Under the pieces are notes generated by a model, which saw only the letters and a list, made by a program, of their open reading frames with translations, had not been told where the DNA came from and did no database searches. A DNA stretch of 52,205 bases, from positions 1-52,205 of the forward strand of contig CAXDOW010000001.1 of NCBI GenBank assembly GCA_963991165.1, in the 5' to 3' direction. The translations under genes were made by a program, and so were the position numbers. Below, one piece after another: positions 37,304-45,948 of the stretch; positions within the stretch are counted from its first letter, which is position 1, and every line of letters begins with the position of its first letter. This DNA is from an uncultured Flavobacteriales bacterium (GTDB lineage Bacteria > Bacteroidota > Bacteroidia > Flavobacteriales > UBA7312).

Positions 37304-39784
37304 TTAAAATTGTTGATTAATGGAGACATGAAAATGACTGCCATTGGCGTTGGGATTTCCATTTATTTGGTCAAATCCATATCCCCAATCTAATCCCATG
37401 AGACCCATCATTGGAATCATAAGTCTAATACCTACTCCAGCCGATCGTTTTATATCGAAGGGGTCGAATTTTGAACCATCATTCCATGTGTTTCCTGCTT
37501 CAAGAAATCCTAAAGCAAAAATAGGCATCTGTGGATTTAATGATAACGCATAACGAAGCTCTAAAGTATATTTGTTGTAAATAGTGGCGCCATTGGTAGG
37601 CGATAGTGAATTATTTTCATATCCTCTAAGAGCGATAATTTCTCTTCCGTCAAATGAATATCCGCTTAACCCATCTCCACCAACATAGAATCGTTCAAAT
37701 TGAGAGAGTGACTCATCGCTATTGTATTTGCCGATAATTCCGTACTCTAGGTTTGATTTTATGACTAGCTTATTGGCTAATGGGGTAAACCAATTGGCTC
37801 CGATATTCCATTTATGGTATTCTACCAATTTGTTGAATTCAGAGTTTTCTGAAACAGATAGATTATCTCCCGTTTCGAACAAGGAGTAGGGAGGGGTCAT
37901 TTGAACAGACATCTTCATGTTAGACCCTTTTCTTGGAAAAGTGGGTTGATCGACCGAATTTCTGCCTACTACAAAAGAATATGATATGTTGAAATACGTA
38001 CCATCTTCAAAATTCCCAAAGTTGTACTTATCGACAAGGTATTTTTTAAAGCTAATATTTTGATATAAAGTGAAAAAGTCATCCGGCCATTTGAGTCGTT
38101 TACCTAAACCCAAGGATAAGCCTGTGACTTTGAAAACACCTCTATTTTCATTGTCTCTGTCGGTAGAATTAGAAGTAATTGAGTGGTAAGCTCCAACGGT
38201 CAGGGAATTAGGTTTTTTACCTCCTAGCCAAGGTTCTGTAAAGGATATGTTATAGGACTGAAATAAACCTCCATTGGAGGAAGCCGACAGTTGAAGGCGT
38301 TGTCCATCACCTGAAGGAAGTGGCAACCATGCTTCTTTATTAAAGAGGTTTTTTGCAGAAAAGTTATTGAATGCCACGCCAAAGGTCCCAATTATGCGGT
38401 TTGCTCCATAGCCTGCTTGTAATTCGATTTTGTCGGATGATTTTTCTTCAACGATGTAGGTTAGGTCAACGGTCCCTTCTTCTTGGTTAGGTTGTACATC
38501 AATATTAAGTTTTTCGGCATCAAAATAGTTGAGAGTAGCAATTTCGCGTTGGGATCGCATAATGTCAGAACGACTAAATAGGTCTCCTGGTTTAGTACGA
38601 ATCTCTCGCATAATGACATGATCGTTGGTTTTGGTATTGCCTGTTACAGAGACTCTATTTACTTTGGCTTGAAGGCCCTCATAAATTCGAATTTCCATAT
38701 CGATGGTGTCGTTTCTAATTTCTGTTTCAACTGGTGTTACTCTAGAAAACAAATAGCCATTGTCCAAATACAAAGAATGAACATCATCGCTGTTAGGACT
38801 ACCAAGGACCCGTGTTTGTATGATGCTTTGATCAAAAATGTCCCCTTTTTCTATACTAACTATGTTCGAAAGCTCTCGGTTTGAATATTTAGTGTTTCCA
38901 ACGAAACTGATATCACCAAAATAGTAGGTCTTACCCTCGTTAATATTCAGACTTATATTGATAAGGTTGTCTGCTTCATCATACACAACGGAATCACTGA
39001 CTATTTTGGCATCTCTCATCCCTTTTTCGTTATATTTTGAAATTATATTTTGTTTGTCTTCTTTATAAGGCGATTCAAGAAACTTTGAGGCTTTAAAAAT
39101 CCTGAAAAACTTTTTCTCTTTAGTGTCTTTAAGCATTCGTTTCAGCCGCTTGTCACTAAATAGTTTATTGCCTTCGAAATGGATGTTGCCGATTTTTACT
39201 TTTTTACCTTTATTGATGTCCAGTATGAGTAGAACATGATTTTTGGTGATGGTATCTTCTATTTGTTTCACTTCAGTACTCACATTCAAAAACCCCTTTT
39301 CTGTGAAGTGGTTTTTAATAATATTTTTTGTGTTGATAATGATGTTATCAGTAATAATCTTACCTCGAGCTAATTTTATTTTTTCTCTGATAGCGTCAAT
39401 TTCTGATTTTTTTATGCCTTGAAATTTGAATTTTGAAAGTCGTGGTCTTTCTTCTAAAAACATATTGAGAAAGATGGTGTTTCCTTGGACTGATCTAACT
39501 TCAATTTGTATGTCTGAAAACAAGCCCTGTTCCCAAAGAGTTTTGGCCGCTAGGGTGAGGTCGTCGCCTGGAACGGTAATCGACGATCCGACTTCCAAAC
39601 TTGAAATATTTATTAATGTTTGATGGTCTAAAAACTTGGTTCCTTCAATAGTTACGCCGCCAAGAATGTACTGTTTTGGTGAGCTATAATCGAAGGTGGT
39701 CGATGAGCTGTTTAGGTTGGTTTGTGCTATTGCCAGCTGGCAAATGAAAAGCAAAAATAGTATGGTAGTGTATTTATGAAACAT
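37304..39784 (-). CDS. bamA: outer membrane protein assembly factor BamA
   Basis: POTRA repeats followed by an Omp85 barrel ending HFHVSINQQF. Start set to ATG 39784 (MFHKYTTILFLLFICQLAIAQ), giving an 11-nt overlap with uppS. The track start at 39817 is possible. Confidence 0.92.
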   Translation of the reverse strand: MFHKYTTILFLLFICQLAIAQTNLNSSSTTFDYSSPKQYILGGVTIEGTKFLDHQTLINISSLEVGSSITVPGDDLTLAAKTLWEQGLFSDIQIEVRSVQGNTIFLNMFLEERPRLSKFKFQGIKKSEIDAIREKIKLARGKIITDNIIINTKNIIKNHFTEKGFLNVSTEVKQIEDTITKNHVLLILDINKGKKVKIGNIHFEGNKLFSDKRLKRMLKDTKEKKFFRIFKASKFLESPYKEDKQNIISKYNEKGMRDAKIVSDSVVYDEADNLINISLNINEGKTYYFGDISFVGNTKYSNRELSNIVSIEKGDIFDQSIIQTRVLGSPNSDDVHSLYLDNGYLFSRVTPVETEIRNDTIDMEIRIYEGLQAKVNRVSVTGNTKTNDHVIMREIRTKPGDLFSRSDIMRSQREIATLNYFDAEKLNIDVQPNQEEGTVDLTYIVEEKSSDKIELQAGYGANRIIGTFGVAFNNFSAKNLFNKEAWLPLPSGDGQRLQLSASSNGGLFQSYNISFTEPWLGGKKPNSLTVGAYHSITSNSTDRDNENRGVFKVTGLSLGLGKRLKWPDDFFTLYQNISFKKYLVDKYNFGNFEDGTYFNISYSFVVGRNSVDQPTFPRKGSNMKMSVQMTPPYSLFETGDNLSVSENSEFNKLVEYHKWNIGANWFTPLANKLVIKSNLEYGIIGKYNSDESLSQFERFYVGGDGLSGYSFDGREIIALRGYENNSLSPTNGATIYNKYTLELRYALSLNPQMPIFALGFLEAGNTWNDGSKFDPFDIKRSAGVGIRLMIPMMGLMGLDWGYGFDQINGNPNANGSHFHVSINQQF

Positions 39785-40529
39785 TTTCTTTTTCAATTTG
39801 TTCACTGGTTTTGCCAAATCGACGCTCTCGACCTTGAAAGTCTAATATGGCATCATACAGATTTTCCCGTCTAAAGTCGGGCCATAATACATCTGTGAAA
39901 TAGAGCTCAGCATAGGCAATTTGCCACAATAAAAAGTTGCTAATTCTTAATTCGCCACTTGTTCTAATTAACAATTCTGGATCGGGTATATTGTATGTGT
40001 ATAAATGTTTTTTTAGACAATCTTCATTTATATCCTCGATTGATAAAGTATTTTGAGTAGTTTTTTGAACTATTTTCTTGATGGCATCAATAATTTCTTT
40101 TTTTGAACTATAGCTTAGAGCCAGCACCAAAGTCATATGCGAATTCTGAGCAGTTTTGTCAATAGAGGTATTCAGATTTTTCAAACAATTGGGTGGCAAG
40201 TCATTTAAGTTGCCAATAGCCGTGAGTCTGATATTGTTGTCCATTAAGGTTTTGGTTTCGCTTACAATAGTGTTGACTAACAATTCCATGAGTGCATCAA
40301 TTTCTGCTTTTGGTCGATTCCAATTTTCGGAAGAGAAGGCATAAAGAGTCAAAAATTTAATGCCAATTTCAGCCGCTCCTTCTACTGTGTCGCGTACGGC
40401 TTTTACACCTATTTTGTGCCCAAAAATCCTGGCTTTGGATTGCTGCTTTGCCCAGCGTCCATTGCCATCCATAATGATGGCGACGTGGTTGGGTAGATTG
40501 TTTTTATTGATGTTTGGTTTTGTTGGCAT
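39774..40529 (-). CDS. uppS: isoprenyl transferase (undecaprenyl diphosphate synthase)
   Basis: 251 aa. HVAIIMDGNGRWA and RTSGELRISNFLLWQ motifs. Confidence 0.94.
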   Translation of the reverse strand: MPTKPNINKNNLPNHVAIIMDGNGRWAKQQSKARIFGHKIGVKAVRDTVEGAAEIGIKFLTLYAFSSENWNRPKAEIDALMELLVNTIVSETKTLMDNNIRLTAIGNLNDLPPNCLKNLNTSIDKTAQNSHMTLVLALSYSSKKEIIDAIKKIVQKTTQNTLSIEDINEDCLKKHLYTYNIPDPELLIRTSGELRISNFLLWQIAYAELYFTDVLWPDFRRENLYDAILDFQGRERRFGKTSEQIEKENVS

Positions 40530-40532
40530 TAA

Positions 40533-41441
40533 TCAGTATTGACAGACCTTTGGTTTTTTATTGATTTTGTAAGCCAATGACAGTCCCGCAAAGTGGTACC
40601 AATCATTCCATTCGTTTTCATTGTCACGATTTTTGCCAATGTTTCTGTACCAGTTTCTAATATCCGCATCTGGAGAGTCTGAGTAACTTGGTAAGGTGTT
40701 ACTTCTGTCGGAAAGGTTGGCAGCATCTATATTTTCCATATATAATTTTCTAGGATCGGCATATTCCCCCCCTACATCATCTAGGTAGTCAGTAAAGAGT
40801 ATTCTCATACCATATTCCATGGATATACTTAGGTTTCTTCCTAAACTTAATTTCATGCCAACCCCTAAAGGAATAGCAAACTGAACGAGCTGATAAGGTT
40901 GTTTCTCTGGGTAATGCGACGATTGTTGACCTTCTGTTCCTAAGGGTTGTAGGTCCAACCATGGATTGTTCGAATCTCTTCCGTCATTGTCAAAAGGATT
41001 TTCAGTATCAAATTGACGGGCTTGAGGGTTGAAGTTGTACATACAAAAGCCTGCAAAAATATAGGGGGAGAAAGGAAATCGGTTGTTGCCAGTTTCGTAT
41101 GGTAAAAAGTTGAATTCTAAAACGCCAGATAGTTCATAAATGTTGGAGCGGAAGTGTAAATTTCTATTAAACTTAGCCGTGTCAACACGATTGAGTTTAT
41201 CACTGCCTCTGACTTGGCCAGCTGAAAAGCTGACTTTCATGGCAAATCGATTATTAAAATTTGTTCTATAGTGAATATTTCCTGCTGGTTGAGCTTGTCT
41301 GAAATGTTTGTCGTTTAGGTCGCCAATGTAGTATGATGTTCCTAGCATGACTCCAAACTCAGAATAGGATTCGTTGTTTTGTGAATTAACATCAGAATTA
41401 AGCAAACATAGTATGGCAGAAAAAAAAACTACTCTTTTCAT
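40533..41441 (-). CDS. DUF6089-like outer membrane beta-barrel protein
   Basis: 302 aa. Signal peptide, then alternating aromatic/hydrophobic beta-strand pattern. Occupies the conserved Flavobacteriia position between nadK and uppS. Confidence 0.78.
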   Translation of the reverse strand: MKRVVFFSAILCLLNSDVNSQNNESYSEFGVMLGTSYYIGDLNDKHFRQAQPAGNIHYRTNFNNRFAMKVSFSAGQVRGSDKLNRVDTAKFNRNLHFRSNIYELSGVLEFNFLPYETGNNRFPFSPYIFAGFCMYNFNPQARQFDTENPFDNDGRDSNNPWLDLQPLGTEGQQSSHYPEKQPYQLVQFAIPLGVGMKLSLGRNLSISMEYGMRILFTDYLDDVGGEYADPRKLYMENIDAANLSDRSNTLPSYSDSPDADIRNWYRNIGKNRDNENEWNDWYHFAGLSLAYKINKKPKVCQY

Positions 41442-41469
41442 AAAAAATAAGTTACGTTTTAAACGTAAC
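41442..41469 (-). terminator. rho-independent terminator after nadK
   Basis: On the minus strand: GTTACGTTTAAAACGTAAC (arms GTTACG / CGTAAC, extendable) followed by TTATTTTTT, immediately upstream of the DUF6089-like gene start at 41441. Confidence 0.7.
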
Positions 41470-41472
41470 GCG

Positions 41473-41480
41473 CAAATATA
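41473..41480 (-). promoter_or_regulatory. -7 box candidate (TATATTTG) upstream of the DUF6089-uppS-bamA unit
   Basis: Matches TAnnTTTG, but it lies just upstream of the nadK terminator hairpin (41451-41469), so its function is uncertain. Confidence 0.3.
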
Positions 41481-41501
41481 GCTATTTATGATAAAATGAG
41501 C

Positions 41502-42377
41502 TTAGTTTCTCTTATCCTTACCCCACATTAATTTTTCTCGAATGGTGGAAATAAACGATTGCTTGTCAAATTGAATGAGGTTAATGTTGTAGTCTGCTTT
41601 TTGAATGGTAAGTTCTAAACCAGGCCCTATAGCTCTCGATCGACTATCTAATGTAACTAAAGCTAAATCATCTCGTTCAGACACTTTAAGGGTAATTTTT
41701 GATTGATCGGATACAATGATGGGTCGTACATTTAAATTGTGTGGGGCAATGGGTGTGATGATAAAATTATTGGTACCAGGTATTACTATGGGACCGCCAC
41801 AACTTAACGAATAGCCTGTTGAACCTGTTGGACTGGAAATAATTAATCCATCGGCCCAATAGGTGTTTATAAATTCGTCGTCCAGATAGGCATGAATACG
41901 AATCATGGAAGAGGTGTCCTTTTTTAAAACCGTCACTTCGTTTAACGCAAAATTGACATCACCAAATAATTGGTTGCTACTTTTCAGTTCTAAAAGGGTT
42001 CTTTCGTTAATGGCATATTCTCCTTTTAAAAGGTGGTTAACAGCGTATTCTATTTGATCGGTTGATACACTGGAAATAAATCCTAATGTTCCAGTATTGA
42101 TGCCTAATATGGGAATATTGGAGTCGCGAACAAAAGTGGCTGACGCTAATAACGTCCCATCACCGCCGATGCTCAGTAAAATATCCGCTTTGTCCACAAG
42201 GTCTTCATGACTGTCAAAGATTGAATATGTGTGCTTGAATTTAATATCATTCAGACATTTGTGAAATTCCTTTTCAATGGTAAGCGATACTTCGTCGTTT
42301 TCTAGCTTATTGACTAAATGTTGAACGTACTTAGTTTTACTATCGCTAAAGGGTGTTCCAAATAATGCAATTTTCAT
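41502..42377 (-). CDS. nadK: NAD kinase
   Basis: GGDGTLL motif. Start set to ATG 42377 (MKIALFGTPF), 1 nt after the upstream gene's stop. The track extension overlaps that gene. Confidence 0.9.
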   Translation of the reverse strand: MKIALFGTPFSDSKTKYVQHLVNKLENDEVSLTIEKEFHKCLNDIKFKHTYSIFDSHEDLVDKADILLSIGGDGTLLASATFVRDSNIPILGINTGTLGFISSVSTDQIEYAVNHLLKGEYAINERTLLELKSSNQLFGDVNFALNEVTVLKKDTSSMIRIHAYLDDEFINTYWADGLIISSPTGSTGYSLSCGGPIVIPGTNNFIITPIAPHNLNVRPIIVSDQSKITLKVSERDDLALVTLDSRSRAIGPGLELTIQKADYNINLIQFDKQSFISTIREKLMWGKDKRN

Positions 42378-42378
42378 A

Positions 42379-43761
42379 CTAAAATGGATTTGAGAAATGA
42401 ATGTAAAAGCCCCACTCATTGAGGTGGTTTCTAGCGTATTCCAAACGAATTAGTTTATCGTAATAGGTCACAAAGTCCAAACCGACTCCTTGACTCGACA
42501 AGAAGGTGTTGTTCAAAGGGTTTATATCCTTATGTTGTTGATTTGTTACCATTCCCATATCAGCAAAGATACTGAAGTAAACAGAATAAAAGGCTTTTTT
42601 AAACTGGTCCATTTTGAAGTAGGGTAGGTGTAATTTAGTTTTTGGTATGAGTTCATACTTAAGCGCTGTTTTGGAAATGCCAAAATGTTCTCCGTCCAAC
42701 ACATAATATTCGTATCCTCTTAAATAGTCTTCAAACCCTAACGATTCGTTAAGTACGTAAGGCAACTGTGTATTAGTTTGAAATTTAAATTTCAAACTTT
42801 GACCAAAAAATAGACCTGTACCCAAAGAAAAGTGATGTTCCGTTTTAGCTACAATGCTCAGATTTTGAAAATCATTTTTTGTGCCATTATAATACGAAAG
42901 AAGAACCTCATTGAAAGATCCTTTGATAGGGTAGGATATGGAGTTTCTTTTTTCATTTTCATAATGATATTCCATTTTTGAGTATTGGAATACGGACGAT
43001 TCAAATGGTAAAAATGACTCATTTAGAAGAGGTACTTGCTTCGGGTAGTTAACTTCAGATTGTTGTATGATAAATCGGTGTATAGTGTTTAGATTGCTTT
43101 TTAGCTGCAAGCAAAATGAGGCGTTCCAGCTATTCAAATGTTCGTTTTCAAGCTGAGTGTACAACAATTTATTGTTAATCGTATTGTAATGAAATTGCTT
43201 CATTCTAAACCATTCGAACAAAACGATTGTTCCTAAGGTTTTATTTTTGTTAATGTAAGGAATATCGTACTCAAACAAATAATGCTCTTTGTATCCTTTT
43301 CGAAACTTTAACTTAAGAAGTTCGTTATTGCCTCTAAAATTATACCAGTTCAGGAAAACACCATAATTTAATCTAGAATAATCAGTAAAGTTTGACTGCT
43401 TTAAACTGTCCCAAAACACATTAAAATTACGCTCAGAAATTTCAAGTATTGGATAGGGCCACACATACCATCGTTCCACAACTTTTATGAGGACATCAAT
43501 CTTGTCATGTGTAAAAGTCGGAACGAAATCAATAAAATTAAATAACCACTGACTAGAGATGTTCAGTTCGCTTTGATTAACTTTTGCATGAAATTCATTT
43601 AAGCTGAGGGTATCGCCTTCTTTGAAAGACAATTCCCTTAAAATAGTGGACGATTTAGTTACCTTGTTTCCTTCAACATCAATGGTATTGATGATAAACA
43701 AATCCTGCGCTTTGAGGGGTTGAAAAAAACAAAAACACAAAAGGAATGTAAACCCGCGCAT
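42379..43761 (-). CDS. Omp85/BamA-family outer membrane protein (POTRA plus barrel), function unknown
   Basis: 460 aa. Signal peptide MRGFTFLLCFCFFQPLKAQ, a POTRA-like segment IINTIDVEGNKVTKSSTILRELSFKEGDTL, and a beta-barrel-like remainder ending in F. Confidence 0.8.
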   Translation of the reverse strand: MRGFTFLLCFCFFQPLKAQDLFIINTIDVEGNKVTKSSTILRELSFKEGDTLSLNEFHAKVNQSELNISSQWLFNFIDFVPTFTHDKIDVLIKVVERWYVWPYPILEISERNFNVFWDSLKQSNFTDYSRLNYGVFLNWYNFRGNNELLKLKFRKGYKEHYLFEYDIPYINKNKTLGTIVLFEWFRMKQFHYNTINNKLLYTQLENEHLNSWNASFCLQLKSNLNTIHRFIIQQSEVNYPKQVPLLNESFLPFESSVFQYSKMEYHYENEKRNSISYPIKGSFNEVLLSYYNGTKNDFQNLSIVAKTEHHFSLGTGLFFGQSLKFKFQTNTQLPYVLNESLGFEDYLRGYEYYVLDGEHFGISKTALKYELIPKTKLHLPYFKMDQFKKAFYSVYFSIFADMGMVTNQQHKDINPLNNTFLSSQGVGLDFVTYYDKLIRLEYARNHLNEWGFYIHFSNPF

Positions 43762-44421
43762 TTATGGATTGAGATACCTCATTAGTATATCGTAACGATT
43801 GGTCAAATCGTCATTGTTTTCAGAATGATTGAAACTTGCTACAATAGTGTATTGATAGCGTTCGAAAGTTTGAATAACCGGAGCAATATCTAACACATTT
43901 AGTTTGATAGTTAGTTTCATAATGTTTTTATCATCTACATCGGTGACGTAAGAACTCAATATTTTGGCATTATTACCCTCTACAATTTGTGAAATTTCAC
44001 TCATACTATAGTCTTTTTTATTCATTTCAAGAATAATGACTCCACCACTTTCTTGAATGGCCTCAATAGTAGCTAGTGCTTCTATTACGGATTGATGCGT
44101 AATTGCACCTTTGTATTTATTGTCCATCAAAATGGGTAATAATGTCAGTTTCTTTTCGTCCATGTATTTGATAATTTCAAAGACATCTTTACCCACAGGC
44201 ATATACAAGGGCTCTATTTTTTCTGAAATGGTATTGATTTTATTGTTTTCATCGGTCATATTCCAAATATCTTCTTCGGAAAGAACGCCCAATAACGTTC
44301 CTTTTTCCACAATAGCAACATGCGATAAATGAAACTCGTGCATAATAGACAATGCGTCAGAGCCGCTACTTTCCAGTGACAGAGTTTGAATTTCTTTAGA
44401 GATGAGTTTTTTGGTGTTCAT
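43762..44421 (-). CDS. CBS domain-containing protein
   Basis: A tandem CBS pair followed by a small C-terminal domain. ATG 44421 (MNTKKLISKE) is preferred because the track's TTG 44433 lies inside a TATGTTTG -7 box. Confidence 0.82.
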   Translation of the reverse strand: MNTKKLISKEIQTLSLESSGSDALSIMHEFHLSHVAIVEKGTLLGVLSEEDIWNMTDENNKINTISEKIEPLYMPVGKDVFEIIKYMDEKKLTLLPILMDNKYKGAITHQSVIEALATIEAIQESGGVIILEMNKKDYSMSEISQIVEGNNAKILSSYVTDVDDKNIMKLTIKLNVLDIAPVIQTFERYQYTIVASFNHSENNDDLTNRYDILMRYLNP

Positions 44422-44430
44422 AGGACTAAA

Positions 44431-44438
44431 CAAACATA
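44431..44438 (-). promoter_or_regulatory. -7 box candidate (TATGTTTG) for CBS-Omp85-nadK
   Basis: Matches TAnnTTTG, 9 nt upstream of ATG 44421. Confidence 0.4.
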
Positions 44439-44445
44439 GTATTTT

Positions 44446-44453
44446 TAACTTTG
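44446..44453 (+). promoter_or_regulatory. -7 box candidate (TAACTTTG) for pdxJ
   Basis: Matches TAnnTTTG, 12 nt upstream of ATG 44466. Confidence 0.45.
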
Positions 44454-44465
44454 TAAAAAATATAA

Positions 44466-45182
44466 ATGGCTATAACAAAATTAAGTGTAAATATTAACAA
44501 AATTGCAACTATTCGCAATGCACGGGGTGGCGATGTGCCAGATGTTCCATTAGCCGCCAAAAAATGTCAACAGTTTGGTGCGGACGGAGTTACGGTTCAC
44601 CCTCGCCCTGACGCTCGTCATATTACCTATGATGATGTTCGTTTGATTTCGAAAAGTATCACCACCGAATTTAATATTGAGGGCTATCCCTCTTCCTCTT
44701 TTTTGGATTTAATTAAGGAGGTAAAGCCACATCAAGTAACATTAGTTCCTGACCCGCCTGATGTGCTTACCTCCAATGCTGGATGGGATACCATTAAACA
44801 CGCTTCGTTTTTAAAAGAAATCATTTCAGACCTAAAAGAGTTGGGTATTCGCAGTTCGTTGTTTATAGATACAGAATTGAAACAGTTGGAAGGGGCTAAA
44901 CAAGTAGGAGCCGATAGAGTAGAATTATATACGGAACAATTTGCCACCACATATACTATTGATAAAGAAAAAGCCATCGGACCATACATTTTAGCTGCCA
45001 AACGAGCTCATGAGCTTGGATTAGGGCTCAATGCTGGTCATGATTTAAGTTTAGAAAATTTGACCTATTTTGCTCAAAATATTCCACATTTGCTAGAAGT
45101 ATCAATAGGCCATGCACTAATATCTGATGCCCTATATTTAGGCTTAGAAAATACGATTCGTCAATATAAAAATTGTCTGTAG
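44466..45182 (+). CDS. pdxJ: pyridoxine 5'-phosphate synthase
   Basis: 238 aa. LSVNINKIATIRNARGG N-terminus and PdxJ TIM-barrel motifs (HPRPDARHI). Confidence 0.94.
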   Translation: MAITKLSVNINKIATIRNARGGDVPDVPLAAKKCQQFGADGVTVHPRPDARHITYDDVRLISKSITTEFNIEGYPSSSFLDLIKEVKPHQVTLVPDPPDVLTSNAGWDTIKHASFLKEIISDLKELGIRSSLFIDTELKQLEGAKQVGADRVELYTEQFATTYTIDKEKAIGPYILAAKRAHELGLGLNAGHDLSLENLTYFAQNIPHLLEVSIGHALISDALYLGLENTIRQYKNCL

Positions 45183-45186
45183 AAAG

Positions 45187-45948
45187 ATGAAATTATTTTC
45201 TAGAGTGTTGGGTCAAGGGCAGCCCATGATAATTATGCACGGTTTGTTTGGAATGTCTGACAATTGGCAATCTCTAGCAAAACAACTATCTCTTTTTTTT
45301 GAGGTTCACTTGTTGGATTTGCGTAATCACGGTCAATCGCCTCATTCTAAAGAGTTTACTCAGCAGCTCATGGCATCCGATTTAGCATTATACATTTCTG
45401 ACAATAAGTTAGACGATGTCATACTTGTTGGCCACTCTTTAGGAGGAAAAGTAGCCATGAAATTTGCTGTTTCGCACCCATTGAAACTACAAAAATTGGT
45501 GATTGTTGATATTAGTCCTAGATACTATCCTGTTCATCACGATACAATCATACAAGCGTTAGTCTCTTTGGATTTCAATGAAATAAAATCGCGACAACAA
45601 GCCAACGCTCAGTTATCAAAGCTCATTCATCAAGAAGATATGCGTCAGTTTTTGTTAAAAAGCATCTACTGGAAACAAAAGGGGCAACTTGCTCTGAGAT
45701 TCAATCTTAGTTCCATTGCAGAGAATATATCTAGAATTGGAGAACCTTTAGACCAACAGGACACATTCTCAAAACCGACTCTATTTTTGAAAGGGGAATA
45801 CTCCGACTACATCATCGATGATGATGAAGAGGTTATTTTTCATCATTTTCCAGATGCTAGTATTGAAACTATCAGGGACAGTGGGCATTGGTTACACGCT
45901 CAAAATCCTAAGCAATTCTTAGATGTTGTGTGTCGTTTTTGCCTCTAG
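45187..45948 (+). CDS. alpha/beta fold hydrolase (YbfF-like esterase)
   Basis: 253 aa. HGLFG oxyanion motif, GHSLGG nucleophile elbow, and C-terminal SGHWLHAQNP. Confidence 0.88.
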   Translation: MKLFSRVLGQGQPMIIMHGLFGMSDNWQSLAKQLSLFFEVHLLDLRNHGQSPHSKEFTQQLMASDLALYISDNKLDDVILVGHSLGGKVAMKFAVSHPLKLQKLVIVDISPRYYPVHHDTIIQALVSLDFNEIKSRQQANAQLSKLIHQEDMRQFLLKSIYWKQKGQLALRFNLSSIAENISRIGEPLDQQDTFSKPTLFLKGEYSDYIIDDDEEVIFHHFPDASIETIRDSGHWLHAQNPKQFLDVVCRFCL

